Source of the DNA: an uncultured virus (IMG/VR IMGVR_UViG_3300025809_000015)
Lineage: Duplodnaviria > Heunggongvirae > Uroviricota > Caudoviricetes
Length of the DNA: 64,000 nucleotides
Virus record (IMG/VR): IMGVR_UViG_3300025809_000015
Reading direction: 5' to 3' (one strand)
Shown here: in pieces, positions 49,062 to 59,700 of the stretch
Layout: each line of letters starts with the position of its first letter
Position numbering within the stretch: the stretch's first letter is position 1
Made by a program: the position numbers and the translations under genes
Notes under the pieces: model-generated
The model's input: only the letters and a program-made list of their open reading frames with translations
Told to the model about the DNA's origin: nothing
Databases searched by the model: none

Positions 49062-50545
49062 TAGTCAAATATATTATCGTTACTTATAGTAGAATTGCTT
49101 GGTGGACCTGAAGGACCAAATGCATTGATTGAACTTAATCCCTCTCCTACTGGCGCAGCAGGATCAAATACTTGGTTGGCATCTAAGCTACCAACAGCTG
49201 GTCCAGCTGGATCAAATGCTTTAGTTGGATTAAATGGTGCAGGATCATTTGGTACACCTAATGGATTATCACCAATATTTCTAACGGCGCTGTCATTTCC
49301 AAATGTTTGCAAGCCACCATCATTTCCTTGTATAGCAGCACCTGCAGCAGCATTAATTAAAGCTTGTGGATTTGATATTGCACCAAGTAAACTATTTCTT
49401 AATCCAAATACATTTCCTAAAGTAATACCTTGTATTGCGCTTGACACAGTTCTCCCTACAGCATTAACAGCACCAGCAGCTGCATTGGCTAATTGATCTT
49501 TTCCAAATTGTTTTAGCTTATCTTTAAATCCAGGATTAGTATTGGCAGGAATTTTACTTTCGTCTAGCTTATCATTATATCCAGAGAATTGTGAAACATT
49601 CTCCATTCCGCCATAATTAAATTTCATTTGTGTAGTAGCAATTTCCCCACCCGTATTAGTTACGCCTTCAAATACATTTCCACTGGCAGCAGGATCAAAC
49701 ATACACTCAGTAAATTTAAAACCAACCTGTGAAGTATTTTGATTTATAAGTTTTAATGCCTCATCATCGTCTTTTTCTTTTCTAAAGACATTAAGCCAAT
49801 TTCTTACTGTTTTAAATTTTCTAATTTCTTGTACGTAAATGTACACATCAAATCTTAATAAGTTTTTAGGAACAATAAATCTTTTATATCTTACATCATA
49901 AACAGCCATTTTATATAAACTAAACAATGCCGTAAGTTTTAAATCTAATGCTTCTAAACAACCTATAGTTATTCCTTCTTCTCCAGTAGTTCCAGTATAA
50001 GGATCAATCTCAAATTTTGTAGATTTATTCCAAGCTTCAATTAATCCATCAATTGTTTGCCAATAATATGGTCGTGTTGTATTAATTTCCTGCAATCCTT
50101 GTATAAATGCTTTTAAGTATTCAACTCTATTACTTTCTCCAATTTTTGCTAAGTAAGCTACTGCTGAAGGTATTGAAGGATAATTATCATTTGATCTACC
50201 ATCTCTCTGTGTAGGACCTTGTGCTTGGCTAACTTGTAAATTTCCGGCAATATCAGCAGCAGGATTTACTTCCGGTGCAGGAATGCCTTGATTACCTTCT
50301 ACAGCACCTGCAAATAAAGGTGAAGTAATATCAAACATTAAACTAAAACCAAGAAAGGTAGGGTCATCTAGTGATGTTACTCCATTAGTACCTGAACCAT
50401 AAGCAGTGGTAGCATTAGACACAAACCTTTTTGCAAAAGAGTAACTTTGTGGAAAACTCCCACTTCCTAAATATGAACCAAATGGTCCAGCTAATTGAGC
50501 TAGTGCATCACTACCTGCGGGGTTTGCTAAATCTACTAAAGGCAT
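49061..50545 (-). CDS. Baseplate/tail tube-initiator-like protein (494 aa)
   Basis: Position between hub and spike; tube-like ITIGCLE, FDVYIYV, FKFTECMF segments. Confidence 0.4.
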   Translation of the reverse strand: MPLVDLANPAGSDALAQLAGPFGSYLGSGSFPQSYSFAKRFVSNATTAYGSGTNGVTSLDDPTFLGFSLMFDITSPLFAGAVEGNQGIPAPEVNPAADIAGNLQVSQAQGPTQRDGRSNDNYPSIPSAVAYLAKIGESNRVEYLKAFIQGLQEINTTRPYYWQTIDGLIEAWNKSTKFEIDPYTGTTGEEGITIGCLEALDLKLTALFSLYKMAVYDVRYKRFIVPKNLLRFDVYIYVQEIRKFKTVRNWLNVFRKEKDDDEALKLINQNTSQVGFKFTECMFDPAASGNVFEGVTNTGGEIATTQMKFNYGGMENVSQFSGYNDKLDESKIPANTNPGFKDKLKQFGKDQLANAAAGAVNAVGRTVSSAIQGITLGNVFGLRNSLLGAISNPQALINAAAGAAIQGNDGGLQTFGNDSAVRNIGDNPLGVPNDPAPFNPTKAFDPAGPAVGSLDANQVFDPAAPVGEGLSSINAFGPSGPPSNSTISNDNIFD

Positions 50546-50567
50546 ATCTTTCTTCTTTTTATATTTA

Positions 50568-52052
50568 TTAGGTCGTAGGAGTGAACTCTCGACGCACTAA
50601 TTCTAATTTCATTCTAATAGGACCTGGTTTAGTTAATAACCATTCAACTCCTTTAATAACATAAAATCCTGTTAAGTATTCATTTACAATACCCTGTTGA
50701 GACTTAGGATCATTTTCATCTGTACCTCCACTTCTTGGTTGAGGCTCTTCTTCTCCTTCTATTTCATCTTGTTGTGTGGCTAATAAAGTATTTGGTATTG
50801 CGCTTCCAAATTCTAAAATTTGACAATAAATTCTACTATATCTTACAAGAGCAGGATTTACAGTATCTAATTCAATTGTCATTCCCATTTTATTAATCTC
50901 TGTAAGATTCTGATAATTCTGAACCGTTGCATATGTAAATTCAGGATGCACATTATCACCTTGGGTACCTAAAAATTTATATTTAACTTGATCATTTCTA
51001 GGACCTTCTACTTCACCGTCTACTATTCTACCTTTTGTTGCAGGAATCATTCCTGGTGTATCATTGGTAAGAGGGTCTACAAATTCACTAACCCATTCTT
51101 TTGCATTAAGATCCCAATATTGAGTATATCTTTTATAACCGTTTGCCTTACTAATTTCACCACTCTTGTTAACCATTTGGTGTTTAGAAATATATCTAGC
51201 ACCTCCTTGAAGATTTAACATATTACTTAAATAATTAGGAATTCCATCAACTTGACCTTCTGTACCTTCTGCACCCATAGTATCACCAGCATTTATAGTA
51301 AAACTTTCACTAGCTTCAATTGCACCTTCTTGACTAAATAATCTATTAACATCAACCATAGTTAAGTAATAATATGGATCAATGTAACTAGTGAAAAATG
51401 TTTCATCACTTAAATAACTATTTGCTACAATATCCTGAATCCATGTTTCATAAGTATCATTAGGATTAGTCCAAGTCATAGTATCACTAGTTTCTTCTAC
51501 ATTAGATGCATAACCTAATCCTAGTTTTTCTGAAATATTTAATAAAGCATCCCAGCTTGTAACTTCTTCTTCATATTCAACATTCTCTGTAAATAAATTT
51601 GGAACAAACATTCTACCTATTACTAAAAATTCATTTGCAGATTTTCCACCCCCGCCACCAACAGGTTTACAATCAACAACAGTAAAATCTATTCTTATCG
51701 GTTTAAATGTAGTCTCATCACCTTGTGATCTAATGTTAACTTGAATTAAGTCACCATCTTTAGGATAAAACCTAGCACTAAACATTCCATCTACATCAGC
51801 AAATTGAATTCGACAAGTAGGGTAAAATGCATTATTTTTTAAACAAAAATAATTTAGCCTATCCATTTGGACATCATATCCATTAATTCTGATAACAGGA
51901 ACAACGGAGGAAAACTTAGAAGGTTTTTCTTTTAAAGTTGAATCATCAGAATTATCAGATCCACTTTCAACATCTAAGATTTCTAAAGGATCTAATAATA
52001 TGGCAGGTTCTATGACTGTTAATATATTTCTTTCAACAATACTTTCTGACAT
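50568..52052 (-). CDS. Baseplate hub protein (gp27-like)
   Basis: Between LysM-like gene and spike; PTCRIQFAD, C-terminal LTGFYVIKGVEW...MKLELVRRE. Confidence 0.6.
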   Translation of the reverse strand: MSESIVERNILTVIEPAILLDPLEILDVESGSDNSDDSTLKEKPSKFSSVVPVIRINGYDVQMDRLNYFCLKNNAFYPTCRIQFADVDGMFSARFYPKDGDLIQVNIRSQGDETTFKPIRIDFTVVDCKPVGGGGGKSANEFLVIGRMFVPNLFTENVEYEEEVTSWDALLNISEKLGLGYASNVEETSDTMTWTNPNDTYETWIQDIVANSYLSDETFFTSYIDPYYYLTMVDVNRLFSQEGAIEASESFTINAGDTMGAEGTEGQVDGIPNYLSNMLNLQGGARYISKHQMVNKSGEISKANGYKRYTQYWDLNAKEWVSEFVDPLTNDTPGMIPATKGRIVDGEVEGPRNDQVKYKFLGTQGDNVHPEFTYATVQNYQNLTEINKMGMTIELDTVNPALVRYSRIYCQILEFGSAIPNTLLATQQDEIEGEEEPQPRSGGTDENDPKSQQGIVNEYLTGFYVIKGVEWLLTKPGPIRMKLELVRREFTPTT

Positions 52053-52054
52053 AT

Positions 52055-52600
52055 CTATTGATTTATATTTGTACTATTTCTTGATGGTAAGTTTGCTCCT
52101 AGTTTAATTTTACCACCTTCGAATACTTTAGCAGCTTGTCCTTGCTGCAACATATTTGGTGGAATTGGTGCCTTAACACCAGTCTTTTTTGTTTTAGCCT
52201 TTTGAATTAGTCTCTGTATTCTAGATTGATCAATTTCACTCTGCCTTCCAGTATCTACATACTGAGCTAAACTTGCACTTGGTCTTGTTGCAGTCTTTGG
52301 TCTTGCATATACTAAGTTTTCATCTTTTAATTGCGGTATAGCTAATATGTCTCCTTCTTGGATAACAAACGGATTAAAAATATTATTAATTACACATATA
52401 GCATCAACAAATTTAGTAGACCCAAAATATACAGTTGATATTTTATCAATTCTACCAACCTGATCTTGTGTAACATAATGTAATGCCTTAACACCTAACT
52501 CTCTTTTATATTTAAATGATGCAGCAGTTAAGTCATAATACTGTTCACCAGTTTTATCATCAGTTAATTTATTCTTTAATGTAAGAGATTTAATATTCAT
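52055..52600 (-). CDS. LysM-like baseplate wedge protein (gp53-like)
   Basis: HYVTQDQVGRIDKISTVYFGS...ICVINNIFNPFVIQEGDILAIP. Confidence 0.75.
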   Translation of the reverse strand: MNIKSLTLKNKLTDDKTGEQYYDLTAASFKYKRELGVKALHYVTQDQVGRIDKISTVYFGSTKFVDAICVINNIFNPFVIQEGDILAIPQLKDENLVYARPKTATRPSASLAQYVDTGRQSEIDQSRIQRLIQKAKTKKTGVKAPIPPNMLQQGQAAKVFEGGKIKLGANLPSRNSTNINQ

Positions 52601-52614
52601 ATTTAATTATTCTT

Positions 52615-54432
52615 TTATGAGTCTATTAACATAGCAGTTAAGTTAGAAATATATTCACCGTTTGTTGCTTGTGCTATTGAACTTTCAGAAGCTGGTCTAT
52701 TTTTAAGATTAGATATTTGTTCATTTGTAAATCCACCAGGTGCAGCGGCTACATTAGCAGACGTTTGTAAATTACTAGTTCCAGCATCTGGTATTGAACC
52801 ATAAGTTGCAACTTCTTTTCCTGCTAAATTTAAAACATCTTCAACATCTGCGGCAGATGCATATATTCTACCTTGACCAGCATTAAACATATTTTCTATA
52901 TCACCTTTATCTCTTGGCTTACCGTGTTTTAGATCTACCTCAAATTTAACTTCCATTGGAAAATCATCATAACCTAAACCTTGACCTAATGTCATTTTAG
53001 TATTATCACATATCATATTACCCATCATAACAATTGGATTTAATGGATTACCAACAGTAACATGCCAATCTCCAGTAGGTTCACCACTAATAAATGTTTT
53101 GGTAGCCGAAGTACCACTCGGTCCACCAACCTGGCTACCTAAAAATCCACCAAGCATATTACCTAGTAAATTTTTACCTACTTTCTTTAAACCATCTACA
53201 ACACTATTTGCATCAAAGTTTCCATTTGCATCTCCAAATAAACCTTTAAATCCTGTCTCCACATCATTAACCACACTTCCCATATAACCTGAAAAGTTAC
53301 CATTTCTTAACATACTAATATCACCGAATTGACTAGCAACATAACCACTACTTCCGTAATACCTATGACCGCCCCCAAAGAACTGAGCATTATTAGTAGT
53401 CATAGTTAACATATTACTAATAACATCAATCATTGCTATTTTAGGATTAACATAGCTTAAAGATCTAAGTTCATATTCAAATGTTAATGTCATATCATTT
53501 GCATATTTTAATCCTCTATCTCTAATCATTGTTTTATTCACAACATTTACTGGACCTAATACAAAGTTTGCATAAGTAGTACCTAATCTGTCAGCCGTAG
53601 AACTTCCTGCTCCATTTTGTGCTCTAAATTTGGAACCTGCAGTTTGGCCCTTTGCAGAATCTGTAATTGCTCTACCTATTCCACCAATCTTATTATAAAA
53701 TGGTTGCTGTGTATAACCACCGCCAGCACTTCCTGTATCAACGGCTTCCATATCAGCAGTTAGTTCTTTATAATTTAAACCGAAGGACATGCTCAATAAA
53801 TCCTCTAACTTATTACCTGCAGTTTCACCTAAATAAGTTATTGCAGTTACACCTGCAACCTGTGTAGCATCTTCTCCTCCACCATCACCAGATTCTTCAC
53901 CTTTCATCTTAACATTATAATGATAAATGTTATCAGGAACAGCTGTTGGAAATCTTCTTAAAGTTACCAAATGATTAACTGGAATTCTTTTGTAATATTT
54001 AGAATATAAAAAATCCGATGGCTTATAACCTATTTTAGGATACTTATCTTCAAAGTAATTTATGATTTTAGGTAATGAAACATTAGTAGCACCAACCCCA
54101 CCCATTAAAGGATTTTCTGCAGAATCTATATAATTATCTTTTGAATTTTTAGTAAGAGAACCGTGAAATCCTTGAAAATTAAATAAAGCATATTTATTTG
54201 CTATTGAAGATGCAATAGGTTTACCTGACATACCAGCAGAGACTGTTGCTGCATCAGCGGCTGTTCCGGAACCACCATAAAAATTTTTACTATATAATTC
54301 AGCAACACCTTTAGCAAAACCAGAAGCTTCTCCACCAAATGCACTAACTCTGTTTGAATTTGTTTTGGCCTCCATATCAGGAGTCATTGCATCATTAAGT
54401 GATTGAATTTTATCAGATAAGTTAAAGCCCAT
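52615..54432 (-). CDS. Baseplate/tail tube-initiator-like protein (gp48/gp54-like candidate, 605 aa)
   Basis: Upstream of LysM gene; MTLTFEYEL, NMICDNTKMT, DDFPMEVKFEVDL tube-fold-like strands. Confidence 0.45.
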   Translation of the reverse strand: MGFNLSDKIQSLNDAMTPDMEAKTNSNRVSAFGGEASGFAKGVAELYSKNFYGGSGTAADAATVSAGMSGKPIASSIANKYALFNFQGFHGSLTKNSKDNYIDSAENPLMGGVGATNVSLPKIINYFEDKYPKIGYKPSDFLYSKYYKRIPVNHLVTLRRFPTAVPDNIYHYNVKMKGEESGDGGGEDATQVAGVTAITYLGETAGNKLEDLLSMSFGLNYKELTADMEAVDTGSAGGGYTQQPFYNKIGGIGRAITDSAKGQTAGSKFRAQNGAGSSTADRLGTTYANFVLGPVNVVNKTMIRDRGLKYANDMTLTFEYELRSLSYVNPKIAMIDVISNMLTMTTNNAQFFGGGHRYYGSSGYVASQFGDISMLRNGNFSGYMGSVVNDVETGFKGLFGDANGNFDANSVVDGLKKVGKNLLGNMLGGFLGSQVGGPSGTSATKTFISGEPTGDWHVTVGNPLNPIVMMGNMICDNTKMTLGQGLGYDDFPMEVKFEVDLKHGKPRDKGDIENMFNAGQGRIYASAADVEDVLNLAGKEVATYGSIPDAGTSNLQTSANVAAAPGGFTNEQISNLKNRPASESSIAQATNGEYISNLTAMLIDS

Positions 54433-54458
54433 ATAAGAAAGGTATTTTTATTATATAT

Positions 54459-55022
54459 TTAACCTAAGCTGTTAAGATACTTATCGATGCTTAAGCTACT
54501 TTTTTCAAATTTATCTGCCCATCCTTTTTTATATCTAGCATCAAATTCTCTTACACTATCTATAGAGAGCGGTCCTTTAAAAAATGGCCTAGATGATATA
54601 TCTCTAATCTCTTTTAAGTTTTTGGAAATCATATATAGTTGAACCTTTTCAAATAGTTCTGACAATCCTACTTTTGTTTTGGTACACATAACCGATTCTA
54701 TAACTACATAAAATCTTTCTCTATCTTTTTCATTTAATCTATCTTCTAAAGCTTTAGCAGTTTTAAAGTCTTCAGCTTTAAGAATCATTTTCCTTGCCCT
54801 GTTTTCAAACATATGTCTAAAATTCATATCAAAGAAATGCTGTTTAAGAAATCTCATATTATCATAAAACTTAATAATACGAATTTGATAAAGAGGATTT
54901 ACTGGATCCCATTTGGAATCTAAGATTTTACCTTTAACTGGTAAAAGTATGTTAGGATTAGTATGAGATGCTAAAAGGCAGTATACATTTTGTCCTTTAT
55001 TAAATATCCTATGTGTTTTCAT
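54459..55022 (-). CDS. Hypothetical protein (187 aa)
   Basis: Clean ORF, overlapping start/stop with neighbour. Confidence 0.6.
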   Translation of the reverse strand: MKTHRIFNKGQNVYCLLASHTNPNILLPVKGKILDSKWDPVNPLYQIRIIKFYDNMRFLKQHFFDMNFRHMFENRARKMILKAEDFKTAKALEDRLNEKDRERFYVVIESVMCTKTKVGLSELFEKVQLYMISKNLKEIRDISSRPFFKGPLSIDSVREFDARYKKGWADKFEKSSLSIDKYLNSLG

Positions 55023-55408
55023 TCAAATTCTATTATGTCATCGAATAGCTCAGCAGTGCCGTTGACAGTAATATCAGGTGAATGATAAATTTTATAAGTA
55101 ATAGGTTTATCAGATAATGATTCTACGTATGTTTGTATTCCGCCAACCGTTTCTTTATTAAGATTTCCTAAAACATAAAATATTGTTGTAGAAATATTAC
55201 GACCTATTGCATTTTGTAACTGTCTCATTAAATAAGATGATACTACTGCATCTGAAGGTTCGTATTGATAAAAATCATTTTTTGTAAGTTTGTTAAATAT
55301 ATCCATATAATTTATACACTCAATACTTCTAGGAACATTACCTAAAAAAGTTTTGACGCGTAATGCATCATTAGAGTATATGAAATTAAATTCTATATGT
55401 TCTTCCAT
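55019..55408 (-). CDS. Hypothetical protein (129 aa)
   Basis: Clean ORF in coupled run. Confidence 0.6.
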   Translation of the reverse strand: MEEHIEFNFIYSNDALRVKTFLGNVPRSIECINYMDIFNKLTKNDFYQYEPSDAVVSSYLMRQLQNAIGRNISTTIFYVLGNLNKETVGGIQTYVESLSDKPITYKIYHSPDITVNGTAELFDDIIEFE

Positions 55409-55722
55409 TCTTCTAATTCCTTAAGCTCACTCTTAAGTTTCTTTATTTTAAATTCAATATCTTTAGGAGTAGGTTCAAAGTGAGTACCCCATTTTGTATT
55501 AATATCTAATACAGTTTTATCAAATTTACTACCAACCTCTAAACCGAGATCATCGCATAAATCAAAAAAGAATCTTTTTACATAACTGTATTGATTCTTA
55601 TCATTTTCATTTGATTCATAAACATCAGTTGAGGTAAAATGTTCTCGCCCTCCACCATGATTATCATCAATTACTTTTTTGATTACACCATTTCTGGCAG
55701 GTTCTAAAATTATCTTAATCAT
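55393..55722 (-). CDS. Hypothetical protein (109 aa)
   Basis: Clean ORF in coupled run. Confidence 0.6.
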   Translation of the reverse strand: MIKIILEPARNGVIKKVIDDNHGGGREHFTSTDVYESNENDKNQYSYVKRFFFDLCDDLGLEVGSKFDKTVLDINTKWGTHFEPTPKDIEFKIKKLKSELKELEEWKNI

Positions 55723-56109
55723 TTACGATTTTCTTTTGTATAAGTTTTCTCTTAGTTCTTTGAAGACTTTTCTTGCCTCTTTCTTATCTTTATGCCAAGT
55801 AGACTTATCTTTAATTGTAATAAGAGCTAATGCATCTCTTAACTTTTCTATTTCTTTATCTGTATAACCTTCTTCTTTCCAATATGCTATCTTATTATTT
55901 TCAACTTGTTCTAATTTGGCATATATAGATTTTTCAGCAGCTTCAACATTAGCTTCATGTATCTCTTTGCCTTTTTCTCTAGTTTGTTTACAGATTTCTA
56001 ACCAGTCTTTAAATGATAATTTATTTTTCATTTTTAGAATTCCTTGGTGTTTCATAGCCGCTCTTCTTTGGCGACGGTTAGGTATAGTTTGATTTGCAGT
56101 CTCGCTCAT
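55723..56109 (-). CDS. Hypothetical basic helical protein (128 aa)
   Basis: NRRQRRAAMK N-terminus; AATATATAA motif upstream. Confidence 0.6.
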   Translation of the reverse strand: MSETANQTIPNRRQRRAAMKHQGILKMKNKLSFKDWLEICKQTREKGKEIHEANVEAAEKSIYAKLEQVENNKIAYWKEEGYTDKEIEKLRDALALITIKDKSTWHKDKKEARKVFKELRENLYKRKS

Positions 56110-56148
56110 ATGATTAATTTTATTATATATTACTAGCTATTAAGTGTG

Positions 56149-56673
56149 CTATTCGCCTTTGTACTTGCTCTCGATTAATGATTGTACACTGTTGTGTAAA
56201 CAGTCTAATATTTCATCTTCAGATAATTGATCTAAAATAAATGATTGTAATTGTTCATTAACTTCTTCTTTATCAAATGATGTACTCATTAATTCATAAA
56301 CACCTTTAGTAGGAATGTTTACAGGAAATTCTAAAAGAAGCTTTACTTTATTATTTTTCTTTTGTTTATCAAATAAAACTCTAATAGGGTTTGGTGTAGT
56401 AGATAAAGCAGTTTCAACAAGTGTAGTTTTTTCTTTCGCTGAAACATTTAGGGGATCGTTAGAAACTGGAGGTTTTATAAATTCACCTGCTATATCTTCA
56501 TCTAACAGTTGGATAAATTCATCTTGCAAATCTTTTGCTAATCTACCTCCTTCATTAAAGTTTATCCACTTATCATCAGTATCTTTAATGGTTACTACGT
56601 TACCAGAATTATCACCTTTAATCCATTGATAGTACACCTTCTCTTGTACTTTCTCAGTTTTATCTTTTTGCAT
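56149..56673 (-). CDS. Hypothetical protein (174 aa)
   Basis: Clean ORF with bipartite promoter-like motif upstream. Confidence 0.6.
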   Translation of the reverse strand: MQKDKTEKVQEKVYYQWIKGDNSGNVVTIKDTDDKWINFNEGGRLAKDLQDEFIQLLDEDIAGEFIKPPVSNDPLNVSAKEKTTLVETALSTTPNPIRVLFDKQKKNNKVKLLLEFPVNIPTKGVYELMSTSFDKEEVNEQLQSFILDQLSEDEILDCLHNSVQSLIESKYKGE

Positions 56674-56689
56674 TTGTTGTCTATTTATT

Positions 56690-56719
56690 ATTATACTTTA
56701 AATATAATAATTGTTTAAG
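56690..56719 (-). promoter_or_regulatory. Putative bipartite promoter CTTAAAC-N17-TATAAT
   Basis: cttaaac-aattattatatttaaag-tataat, 16 nt upstream of ATG 56673. Confidence 0.5.
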
Positions 56720-56724
56720 ATATG

Positions 56725-59700
56725 TTAAGATTTGTAAACTTGGTAAGTCATAGAACATGGTTGGTTAAAGTAATTTGCTTCACCACTTAAATTTTCAACA
56801 GACCATCCAAAGTAAATTAAATCACCAACAGTCATTTGTAAAGCTGCATCACATACCATTTCATGTGCAAATATACATGTACTACCATTTACTCCTGTTT
56901 GAACCTGATGAGATGCTGTATTAGTTGTTCCTGGGAAAGGTATTAATGTTCGTGTTGCATTTGCAGGATCCCATGTACCATTTACATTAATATAAGATGC
57001 CGTTGTTCGTAAGGCAGATAAATTGGTAACTGTTGCAAGGGCTTGTCTATTAAACCATAATACTCCACGAATGGTAATTGTATCACCAACTCCAAAGTTT
57101 TGATTTACTCTATAACCTGCATTCATATTATAAGTATTTAGAGCACCTGAACCAGATAAAACTATAGCAGTTGCGGTTTGACTAAATCCTGGGCTTGATG
57201 GTAAAGATGCACCGATGCTTTGACCGAAGCTATAAACACCTACACCATATTGAGGAATAAATGCCCTATATTGTCTATTTCCTGCCCATAGTAATGTTTC
57301 ACCACTACCACTACCACCAGAACCTGTTGCTCCAATAAAACCAGTAGCTCCATTAAATCCAGTTGCACCAGAAGATCCTGCCGAACCAGCAAAACTCCAT
57401 CCTATAATTGGTTTATCAAAAGATGTAATACCAGCTCCACCTATGTAAACATTTTTAGCTAATACTATACCACCATTAATACCATTTGTAACTGTAACAT
57501 TTGTTAATGTCGTATAATAATAATTAACACTTTCAGGTGCATCATATTCATGAATTTGGAAATATACCTTTCCAGTAGCTCCAACACCAGACTGTGAAGT
57601 CTTCCACGAAGAATAGACTGTATTGGAAACTTCATAATTTATTGTAGTACCACCACTAGAAGGATCTGTACCTTGCGCAGATAAGCTAATGTCACCGCCA
57701 GATATCCAATTAGCAGTACTTACAACTGCTTTACCTTGTTGTAGTGTTGCAGTAGAAACCATTGCACTATTATAAGCAGTAACATATCCTCCATAATCTC
57801 CACCAGCACCAGTAGCTCCTATAAATCCAGTACCCGATCCACCTTGAGGACCAGCAGCTCCGCTTGCTCCTTGGTTACCTATTGCACCACCAACTCCCGT
57901 TGCACCTTGATTACCTATTGCACCACCAACTCCGGTTGCACCTTGTATACCTATTGCACCACCTTCTCCAGTAGCACCTTGTAAACCGATTGCTCCTTGT
58001 GATCCGCTTGCACCTTGTGTTCCTGTTTTACCAACTTCTCCTGTTGCACCTTGTAAACCGATTGCTCCTTGTTTACCAATATCTCCAGTTGCTCCTTGGT
58101 TACCTATTGCACCACCTTCTCCAGTAGCACCTTGTAAACCTATAGATCCTTGTGATCCGCTTGCACCTTGTGTTCCTGTTTTACCAACTTCTCCTGTTGC
58201 ACCTTGTAATCCAATTGCACCTTGGTTACCTATTGCACCAGTTGATCCAGCAAAACCAGTTTCGCCTTTTTCTCCAGTCGCACCTTTTAAACCGATTCCT
58301 CCCTGAGAACCTGTTGCACCTTGTGTTCCTGTTTTACCAACTTCTCCTGTTGCACCTTGTAATCCAATTGCACCTTGGTTACCTATTGCACCAGTTGATC
58401 CTGTTTTACCAACTTCTCCTGTTGCACCTTGTGTTCCTGTTGCTCCCTGAGAACCTGTTGCTCCTGCACTACCAGATTGTCCTGTTGCTCCAGTAGCTCC
58501 AGTAGCTCCAATAAAACCAGTAGCTCCAATAAAACCAGTAGCTCCATTAAATCCAGTTGCACCAGTGGCTCCTTGGAATGAAGTACCGTAAGCAGTAAAT
58601 TCTAAAGTAAAGTCAATTCCTGACCCCCAGTTAGAAGTATAAGTTAATGGAGTAATTGTTAAGTCATATACATTACCTACTAAAGATACGGCAGTTACTA
58701 CACCATGTAAAATTTGTTGATTATTACCAGCCGTTAAAATAACAGCACCGAATCCAGTAGACGCTTGCCCTGTATCATCAAATGTATTAAGGAATGTAGT
58801 TTGATCTAATCCTAAGCTATCTGTTTTATTAATATACAGACTTGTGGTTGCAGCATCATAATAAAATTTACCAGCGGCTGGTGTAGTTGTTGCTGTAGTT
58901 GATTGCCAAGGTAAACCGTTTCTTGGGCCGATTGCTCCCGTTGCTCCAGTTGCTCCAAGTCCACCAGCGGCACCTTGAGCACCACTTGCACCAGCAGCAC
59001 CCTGAGCTCCAGTTGCACCAATTCCTCCACCTCCACCAGAAACAGTAGTCCATTTTAAAGTGGCTGTACTTCCAGCTACAGCTGATATTTCTAAAACTTG
59101 ATTTTGAGTACCCATTGCTAAAGGCCAAACATAATTAATATTATTAGCTAAAGTATTAGGTGCTTTAAAAGAAGTATAATTACTTCCATCATCATCATTA
59201 AAAATCAATATACCAGTTCGACCGCTACCATTACCTGCTAAAACAATTTGACCTTCTGAATCAGTAGCACCACCACCAACTGTAAATTGTGGTGTAAGGC
59301 CTACACCAATTTGTTCAAACTTAAATAAATTTTTAGTACCACCATTAGTGTTTATAAATGTAAGAGGGTTATTTGTAGCACTACCATAAAAATCTAAAGT
59401 CCTAGGTTCTTCTACAGTTAAATCTGTATTTCCAATGTTAACACTAGCTGGTGGGTTTGCAGCATTAATTGTTATTTCATCAGTTGCTTCATTTACACTG
59501 AATGTAATATTTGTACCAGGTAATAAATCAACATCACTACTTGCAACACCGTCACTTAATGCAATACTTACGCCTCCACTAGTTAAACTAATAGCATTTA
59601 AATTGTATGCAGCAAGAGCGGCATTTTCCCATTGGCCTGTTGCTGAATTATATACTAAGAGTTGATCATTTTGAACATCAGTAATAGTTACATCAGATAA

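Noticed and set aside
55019..55408. Degenerate P-loop kinase-like fold
   Set aside because: No Walker A motif; resemblance too vague to support
57800..58575. Dispersed near-identical repeats as DGR template/variable repeats
   Set aside because: Explained by collagen coding; no reverse transcriptase in the window and no adenine-specific mismatch pattern noticed
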